Source of the DNA: Myxococcota bacterium
GTDB taxonomy: Bacteria; Myxococcota_A; UBA9160; UBA4427
Assembly (NCBI GenBank): GCA_036336835.1
Contig: JAYZFK010000010.1
Location: 1 to 11,759, forward strand
Reading direction: 5' to 3'
DNA length: 11,759 nucleotides
Within the stretch, counting starts at the first letter, position 1; each line of letters starts with the position of its first letter. The translations under genes were made by a program, and so were the position numbers. The notes under the pieces were generated by a model. It was not told the DNA's origin. It saw only the letters and a program-made list of their open reading frames with translations, and did not search any database. Shown here piece by piece: positions 6,435 to 11,759 of this stretch.

Positions 6435-7424
6435 TCAGGCGCGGCCGGTCAGCCAGCGATGGGAGAGCTCGAGCCAGCCGCGCTTGCACTCGAGATCGGC
6501 CACGAGCGGCAGCTGGGCCACGCCGAGCAGCCGCCTCGCCAGCTCGGCGCCCGCGAAGCCGGCCAGCAGCTTGCGGTCGAAAGCTCTTGCGTAGGCGGCG
6601 CCGATCCGGTCGATGACGTCGTGTTCACCGCCGGCGAAGACGAGGTGCGCCGCGAGCACGCCGAGGTCGAACTCGGCCGGGCCGATGAAGCCGAACTCCG
6701 GGTCGATCACGCGCAATCCGCCGCCCGTCCGTAGAAAGCTGCCCGGATAGTAGTCGCCGTGCAGCAGCGATGGGCCGTCGGCGTTGGTGTAGAGCATGCC
6801 GAGCGCGACGATCTCGGCGACGTAGGCGTCGTCGGCCTGCAGCTTCGCCGCGAGCTCTGCGAGTCCGGGAGTCAGGGCGTCCAGATCCAGTCCGTTGTCC
6901 GGGTCGAAGGGGAGCTCGAAGATATGCTCGTGGTTGAGCTCGCGCATCGCGTGGTTCGCCAGCGCCGCACGGTCCTCGTCACCAACGGGGAGGGCGTGGA
7001 GCTCGCGCGCGAACTCGCACAGTACCTCGAGGTCAGCGCGTCCGAAGGGGTCGCCCGCGTAGCAGCCGAGCAGATCGCTCGCCTCGCCGAGATCTTCGAG
7101 CACGGCCACGAACTCCTTCTCATCGAACGCGAGGACGCGCGGCATGCGCCCAGCCAGAATCGGGTTCGTGCTGGCGACCCGATAGAAGCGAACCTCGGTC
7201 GCGAGACGCTCGATCGGAGCGGGGATGTCGGGAAACTTGACGCAGTACGGCCGCGACTGCTTCAGCACCAGCGAACGCTGCGTCGTCCGAATGCGCACGG
7301 TCCGGGTCATGTTGCCTTCGCCGGCGAGCGCGGCGCCGGTGACCCGCTCGTCTGCGGCGAGCCACTGCCGTTCGCGCAGGAAGGCGTCGATCGCCTCCGA
7401 GTCGGTCTCCAGCTCGAAGCTCAC
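6435..7424 (-). CDS. 5-methylthioribose kinase (MtnK)-like phosphotransferase (APH/choline kinase fold), 329 aa
   Basis: The real start is the GTG at 7422-7424, overlapping the TGA of the upstream dehydrogenase (GTGA); the 793-aa ORF in the track is a shadow extension. MtnK hallmarks: G-loop [39 protein letters not shown] (DxE motif), [16 protein letters not shown] (twin-Arg motif). Confidence 0.88.
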   Translation of the reverse strand: MSFELETDSEAIDAFLRERQWLAADERVTGAALAGEGNMTRTVRIRTTQRSLVLKQSRPYCVKFPDIPAPIERLATEVRFYRVASTNPILAGRMPRVLAFDEKEFVAVLEDLGEASDLLGCYAGDPFGRADLEVLCEFARELHALPVGDEDRAALANHAMRELNHEHIFELPFDPDNGLDLDALTPGLAELAAKLQADDAYVAEIVALGMLYTNADGPSLLHGDYYPGSFLRTGGGLRVIDPEFGFIGPAEFDLGVLAAHLVFAGGEHDVIDRIGAAYARAFDRKLLAGFAGAELARRLLGVAQLPLVADLECKRGWLELSHRWLTGRA

Positions 7425-8539
7425 CCGACCGCTTCCCAGCGCCGGCTCGCGGCCGAGCGCTCGATCGCATCGAGGAGCTGTTGATTGCGCAGGCCATCTT
7501 CGAAGGAGGGTCGCGCCTTCTCGCCCGACGCAAGCGCGCGCACGAAGTCCGCGATCGTGTGCACGAAGGTGTGCTCGTAGCCGAGGATGTGTCCCGGCGG
7601 CCACCAGGCCGAGACGTACGGGTGGCTCTCGTCGGTCGCGAGGATGGTGCGAAAGCCGCTGTCGGCGCCCGTCTCTTCGTAGAGCTCGAGCTCGTTCATG
7701 CGCTCGAGGTCGAAGCTGAGGCTGCCCTTGCTGCCGTTGATCTCGAAGCGGTTGTAGTTCTTGCGGCCGGGGGCGAAGCGCGTCGCCTCCACCGTCCCGA
7801 TCGCGCCGTTCTCGAAGCGCAACAGGGCGAGCGCGGCATCGTCGACGTCCACCGGGCCCGTGCCGGATCCGTCCTCGAGCGGGCGCTGCGCGACGAACGT
7901 CTCGAGCAGACCCGACACCTCCGTGATCTCGCCCACCAGGAAGCGCGCGAGGTCGAGCGAGTGGCTCGCCAGGTCGCCGAGCGAGCCGGAGCCGGCCCGC
8001 GCCTTCTCGAGCCGCCAGACGCGCGGGAACTCGGGGTCGACGATCCAGTCCTGGAGATAGCTGCCGCGGTAGTGGCGGATTCGGCCGATTCGGTCCTGGT
8101 CGATCAGCTGCCGGGCGAGCGCGACAGCCGGCGCGCGCCGGTAGTTGTGGCAGATCATGTGGACGACGCCCGCCTTCTCGGCTGCCTCGAACATCTGCCG
8201 CGCCTCGTCGAGCGTGTTCGCGAGCGGCTTTTCGCACAGCATCGGTTTGCCTGCCTTGGCCGCCGCGAGCGCGATCGGAAGGTGCAAGTCCCCCGGCGTA
8301 CAGATGTCGATCACGTCGATGTCGTCCCGGGCGATCACCTCGCGCCAGTCGGTGGCGTGCTCGGCAAAGCCGAGACGATCCGCCGCCGCGGAGACGGCCT
8401 CCTCGTTGCGGCCGCAGACCACTTGCAGCACCGGCTCGCGCGGCAACTCGAAGAAGCGCCGAGCCTGGCGCCAGGCGTTGCTGTGCGCCCTGCCCATGAA
8501 CTGGTAGCCGATCATCCCGACGCGAAGCGAAGATCCCAC
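7421..8539 (-). CDS. Gfo/Idh/MocA family NAD(P)-dependent sugar/polyol dehydrogenase
   Basis: Rossmann start [53 protein letters not shown] (catalytic D-x3-H), DVDD, PSFEDG. GTG start with AGGAG SD at 8545-8549. Confidence 0.95.
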   Translation of the reverse strand: MGSSLRVGMIGYQFMGRAHSNAWRQARRFFELPREPVLQVVCGRNEEAVSAAADRLGFAEHATDWREVIARDDIDVIDICTPGDLHLPIALAAAKAGKPMLCEKPLANTLDEARQMFEAAEKAGVVHMICHNYRRAPAVALARQLIDQDRIGRIRHYRGSYLQDWIVDPEFPRVWRLEKARAGSGSLGDLASHSLDLARFLVGEITEVSGLLETFVAQRPLEDGSGTGPVDVDDAALALLRFENGAIGTVEATRFAPGRKNYNRFEINGSKGSLSFDLERMNELELYEETGADSGFRTILATDESHPYVSAWWPPGHILGYEHTFVHTIADFVRALASGEKARPSFEDGLRNQQLLDAIERSAASRRWEAVG

Positions 8540-8560
8540 GCTTTCTCCTGCGGTGTGCCG

Positions 8561-9796
8561 CTACGTGCGGTACGGCTCGCGACCGATGCCCTGTACCGGG
8601 ATGCCCTGTCCGGGCAGGACCTCGGTCTGCAGGGCGTACATGCAGGCGGCGGCTTCGTCGATCTTGCGGGCGAAGGCCATCGAGCCCTTCAGGATGGGCA
8701 GCAGCAGCTCGCGCTCCTGGACGCGGGCCGGCGGGTACTCGTGCTCGACGATCAGCGGGGTGTTTGCGACGTCGAGATCGAGCAGCTCGCGCGCGGCCAG
8801 CTGGTGGTCGAGCCAATCGACGGTGCGATTCTGCAGATAGGCGAGCGGGTCGTGGCGGGCGGTGCCCGGCAGCTCGTGCTCACACAGCACCGTCTGCTTG
8901 TTCCAGGCGTTCGCCTGATCGGCCGGGTTTGGCGACGGCTTGCCGCCGATCCAGTCGCCGCGCTCGATCGTCTGGCCGCCGTAGCCCCAGCTCGAGACGC
9001 CGCGTGCGTCGACCACCTGCCCCTTCACGTGGAAGCCACTGATCAGGAACGCGTAGCCCTCGTCTCTCAGGTACTGGAAGATCGACCGGGTGTCCTGCCC
9101 CATCAGAACCGCGTGCGAGGGGTCGTAGTGGATGCGCAGCTGGTCGCCGACGCCGTGGCGCTCGCAGATGCGGTGGAGCGCGATCCACGGCCCCGGTGCG
9201 TAGGCGATGTTGTTGTGGAATGCGTCCCCCGTCGTCCAGCCCGGCATCGGACACTGCTCGATCCGATACTCGAGCCCGCGTGCCTTCGCCTGCTTCAGCA
9301 GCGGGACGAAGCTCTCCTCGAAGTCGGTCAGGTTCTCGTCCATCGACAGCCGCTGATTGCGCCCGACGAAGCCACACACCGCGGGCGCGCCGAGCGCCGC
9401 AGCCGCGTCGAAGACCCGCAGCATGAAGTCGTGCTTCTTGCGCCGGATGGCGGCGTCTTCGTGCAGCATGTTGTCGAAGTAGCCGATGTCGGCGACCTCG
9501 ACGCCCGTCGCCTCGACTGCGCTTCGGACTCGGGTGGCGCGTGCCGCGTCGAACGGCTCGCGCAAGTCGAGCGTGTTGGCGACGGGGTCGAGCATGGCTT
9601 CGGGTGGGACATCGGATTCGCTCGGATGGAGCGCGGCCGACAGCTGGATCACGTCCGCGTCGAGCTCTCGCGCGAAGTCGAGCCACTCCTCGACCGCGAG
9701 ATCGGGGTCGGGGTCGCGCTTCTCGCGCGGGGTCAGCTCCTGGAGTGCCGCCGTCAGTACGCCGAGCGGCATGAATTTGGGTTCGAATGCCGTCAT
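8561..9796 (-). CDS. Sugar phosphate isomerase/epimerase family (xylose-isomerase-like/AP endonuclease 2 TIM barrel) metalloenzyme, 411 aa
   Basis: The metal-ligand spacing RIEQCP...HYDPSH...FHVK...IVEHE is typical of IolE/DPEase-like TIM barrels. Also [10 protein letters not shown] and [20 protein letters not shown] with GAGGA SD at 9805-9809; adjacent to the Gfo/Idh/MocA gene. Confidence 0.85.
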   Translation of the reverse strand: MTAFEPKFMPLGVLTAALQELTPREKRDPDPDLAVEEWLDFARELDADVIQLSAALHPSESDVPPEAMLDPVANTLDLREPFDAARATRVRSAVEATGVEVADIGYFDNMLHEDAAIRRKKHDFMLRVFDAAAALGAPAVCGFVGRNQRLSMDENLTDFEESFVPLLKQAKARGLEYRIEQCPMPGWTTGDAFHNNIAYAPGPWIALHRICERHGVGDQLRIHYDPSHAVLMGQDTRSIFQYLRDEGYAFLISGFHVKGQVVDARGVSSWGYGGQTIERGDWIGGKPSPNPADQANAWNKQTVLCEHELPGTARHDPLAYLQNRTVDWLDHQLAARELLDLDVANTPLIVEHEYPPARVQERELLLPILKGSMAFARKIDEAAACMYALQTEVLPGQGIPVQGIGREPYRT

Positions 9797-9818
9797 GCTT
9801 CTGGTCCTCGATTGGTCG

Positions 9819-10631
9819 TCAACGTCCCTGGAAGCGCGGCGGGCGCTTCTCGGCGAAGGCGCGCGTTGCCTCTCGGAAGTCCTCGGTCTCCGCGGCCCAG
9901 CACTGCCGTTCCGCCTCCTCGGCGATGCAGCTTCGCAGGTCGTTGGTGAGTGCGCGATTGAGATTCGCCTTCATCCAGCGCAGCGCGACCGGGGGCCCGG
10001 CCGCCAGCTCGCTCGCCCAGGCGAGCGCGGCCCCCTGTAGCTGGTCGTCCGGCACGACCCGATTGAAGATGCCGAGCGCCAGGCATTCCGCCGAGTCGAG
10101 CCGCGCGGAGGTGAAGAAGATCTCGCGTGCCTTCGCCGGCCCGACCAGCTGCGTCAGCAGCCAGCTGCCGCCGAAATCGCCGGGCAGGCCCAGCCTCGCG
10201 AAGGCCGCGGCGATGAACCCGCTCTCCCCGGCGATTCGCAGATCGGCTGCCAGGGCGATCGAGAACCCGGCGCCCGCCGCCGCGCCCGGCAGTGCTGCGA
10301 TCACGGGCTTTGGCATCTCGTGGATGACGGCGGTGACCTCGCTCTCCCAGCGGATCATGCGGATCCGATCCTCGAGCGGCGGCTGCTCCATCGTCGCCAT
10401 CGCCTTGGCGTTGCCGCCGGCGCAGAAGGCTCGACCGGCGCCGGTCAACAGCAGGCAGCGGACCTCCGCGTCGGCCGCCGCCCGATCGATCGTGCGCCGG
10501 AACACTGGCCTCAGGTCGTAGCCGAGCGGATTGCGCGCTTCGGGATCGTTGAAGGTGACGATGCCGACGCCGCCGTCGATCCGGTAGAGCAGCTTCGGCG
10601 AGCCGGTGTCGACGTCGCGGGGTTCGCTCAT
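9819..10631 (-). CDS. Enoyl-CoA hydratase/isomerase (crotonase) family, PaaG-like isomerase signature
   Basis: [92 protein letters not shown]. Both hydratase Glu residues are absent and an Asp sits in the PaaG-type position. GGAGAGG SD. Confidence 0.93.
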   Translation of the reverse strand: MSEPRDVDTGSPKLLYRIDGGVGIVTFNDPEARNPLGYDLRPVFRRTIDRAAADAEVRCLLLTGAGRAFCAGGNAKAMATMEQPPLEDRIRMIRWESEVTAVIHEMPKPVIAALPGAAAGAGFSIALAADLRIAGESGFIAAAFARLGLPGDFGGSWLLTQLVGPAKAREIFFTSARLDSAECLALGIFNRVVPDDQLQGAALAWASELAAGPPVALRWMKANLNRALTNDLRSCIAEEAERQCWAAETEDFREATRAFAEKRPPRFQGR

Positions 10632-10651
10632 GCCTCTCCAGACGCGCCGGG

Positions 10652-11434
10652 CTAGCGGCGCCGGTAGGTCGGCTTGCGGTCCTCGCTGCGAGAGGCCTTC
10701 ATCTCGGCGTAGTCGTCGGAGGCGAAGGTCAGGGTCTGTGTCGTCGCCTCCTCGCGGATCGAGCGGCGCACCTCGTCGTCCGCGATCAGACCCATGTTGC
10801 GCTTCGCCATCTTGACCGTGAACGCCGGGGCGTTCGCGATCGTCTCGGCCATCTCACGGGCCGTGTCCTCGAGCTCGTCCTCACCGACGATGCGCGAGAC
10901 GATGCCGTGCCGCAGGGCTTCTTCGGCGTCGAGCACGCGCCCGGTCAGGATCAGGTCCATCGCGACGCCGTGGCCGCACATCTGGAACAGCCGGGCCATC
11001 CCGCCCGTGTCGGTGATCACGCCGTGCTTGACCTCGGGAAGCATGAAGCGCGTCGTCGGCGTGCAGATCCGAATGTCGGCGACCAGGCAGCGCTCGAACG
11101 AGCCACCGATCACCCAGCCCTTGAGCGCGCAGATGATCGGCGCCTGCATCTCGAAGATGCGCATGAAACCGCCCTGGCCGCGCTCGATGAACGACAGGTT
11201 GTCGATGTCCTCGGTCCGCACACCGAGCTGGCTGACGTCGCGGCCCGACGACCACGACTTCCCATTGGCGTTCCAGATCACGGCGCTGACGTCCTTGTTG
11301 GTGCGCAGCTCTTCGATGATCTCGAACAGCCGCGCATCCATCTCGTCGTTCGCGGCGTTGTGCTTGTCCGGTCGGTTGTGGGTCATCACCGCAATCGGCC
11401 CGTCGTAGCTGAGAAGTATGGTGTCGCTGGGCAC
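10652..11434 (-). CDS. Enoyl-CoA hydratase/isomerase (crotonase) family protein
   Basis: NRPDKHNA, WSSGRDV, PIICALKGWVIGGSFERCLVADIRI, FMLPEVKHGVITDTGG, LILTGRVLDAEEALRHGIVSRIV. Both canonical Glu positions (GGSFE, PE) are present. GTG start with strong SD AGGGAGG. Confidence 0.93.
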   Translation of the reverse strand: MPSDTILLSYDGPIAVMTHNRPDKHNAANDEMDARLFEIIEELRTNKDVSAVIWNANGKSWSSGRDVSQLGVRTEDIDNLSFIERGQGGFMRIFEMQAPIICALKGWVIGGSFERCLVADIRICTPTTRFMLPEVKHGVITDTGGMARLFQMCGHGVAMDLILTGRVLDAEEALRHGIVSRIVGEDELEDTAREMAETIANAPAFTVKMAKRNMGLIADDEVRRSIREEATTQTLTFASDDYAEMKASRSEDRKPTYRRR

Positions 11435-11440
11435 GGGAAT

Positions 11441-11447
11441 CCTCCCT
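11441..11447 (-). promoter_or_regulatory. Shine-Dalgarno sequence AGGGAGG of the crotonase gene starting at 11434
   Basis: AGGGAGG lies 6 nt upstream of the GTG at 11434. Confidence 0.7.
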
Positions 11448-11516
11448 GTGGGTCGGCCTGTAGGGGCCCGTCAATACGGCAGTCGGCTCGCCATGGTAGA
11501 CCGCTTCACTAGCTCG

Positions 11517-11759
11517 TCACTGCTTGTTCGTCGCCTTCACGCGGGAAGTGATGTCGGCGGCGCTGAGCGACTGCATGTGCGGCCCGGCCTGCAAGTCGCC
11601 GCCGGTGCGGATCACGCTGCGTGCGCCGCGCGCCTCGAGCGCCGTGTAGACGTAGCGTTTGTTGACGGCCGCGACGGCCGGCGGAGTCTCGCTGATGCGC
11701 TGGGCGATCTCGAGCACGCGCTCCTCGAGCTCGTCGGGCTCGAAGGCCTGACAGACGAG
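11517..11759 (-). CDS. Crotonase/enoyl-CoA hydratase family protein, C-terminal part only (5'-truncated by window edge)
   Basis: The frame is open to the window end and reads LVCQAFEPDELEERVLEIAQRISETPPAVAAVNKRYVYTALE..., the 'LVxxVxxxxELxxxxxxxAxxIxxxPPxxxxxxK' crotonase C-terminal pattern. Stop TGA at 11517-11519. Confidence 0.75.
   Translation of the reverse strand, partial: LVCQAFEPDELEERVLEIAQRISETPPAVAAVNKRYVYTALEARGARSVIRTGGDLQAGPHMQSLSAADITSRVKATNKQ

Noticed and set aside
6435..7424. Aminoglycoside phosphotransferase (resistance gene) interpretation
   Set aside because: The DPE, twin-Arg and GxGN motifs point to the MtnK branch, and the metabolic context shows no sign of mobility.
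6435..8816. Apparent 793-aa kinase with a long N-terminal extension (possible fusion or frameshift)
   Set aside because: The extension is an off-frame read of the Gfo/Idh/MocA gene. A clean GTGA stop/start overlap at 7421-7424 explains the junction.
7481..9949. 822-aa + strand ORF, plus other long antisense ORFs (1138-1998, 3053-4015, 4148-5701, 5517-6734)
   Set aside because: They are antisense shadows of well-supported genes. Stop codons are rare in high-GC DNA, and the translations have no recognisable motifs.
11435..11516. Promoter-like hexamers (TTGACG; TACCAT) in the gap between crotonase genes
   Set aside because: TTGACG has no correctly spaced -10, and TACCAT has only a weak -35, so there is insufficient support.

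Overview
Densely coding, very GC-rich (roughly 68-70% by eye) bacterial window with 12 credible CDSs, two of them truncated by the window edges. I see no RNA genes, CRISPR arrays or mobile elements. The + strand (1-2109) carries a tandem acyl-CoA dehydrogenase pair with the signature of a heteromeric (alpha2beta2, FadE26/27-like) enzyme. Converging on it is a long - strand gene run. In transcription order it encodes three different crotonase-family enzymes, a long metal-dependent TIM-barrel sugar isomerase/epimerase-family protein, a Gfo/Idh/MocA NAD(P) dehydrogenase, an atypical short MtnK (methylthioribose kinase)-like kinase and an atypical nucleoside hydrolase. After a 148-bp gap come a stand-alone cytoplasmic bis-MGD molybdoenzyme with a probable Asp ligand, a DUF3565-DUF1971(YeaR/TehB-N) fusion, and a lipobox-bearing split-beta-barrel (FDOR/nitroreductase-like) protein. 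The best candidate for an undescribed system is the four-gene module at 5520-9796 (hydrolase, kinase, dehydrogenase, TIM barrel). It looks like a catabolic pathway for an unusual nucleoside, glycoside or sugar, and several active sites diverge from the characterised family members. All family calls come from recognising motifs in the translations; no database searches were run.
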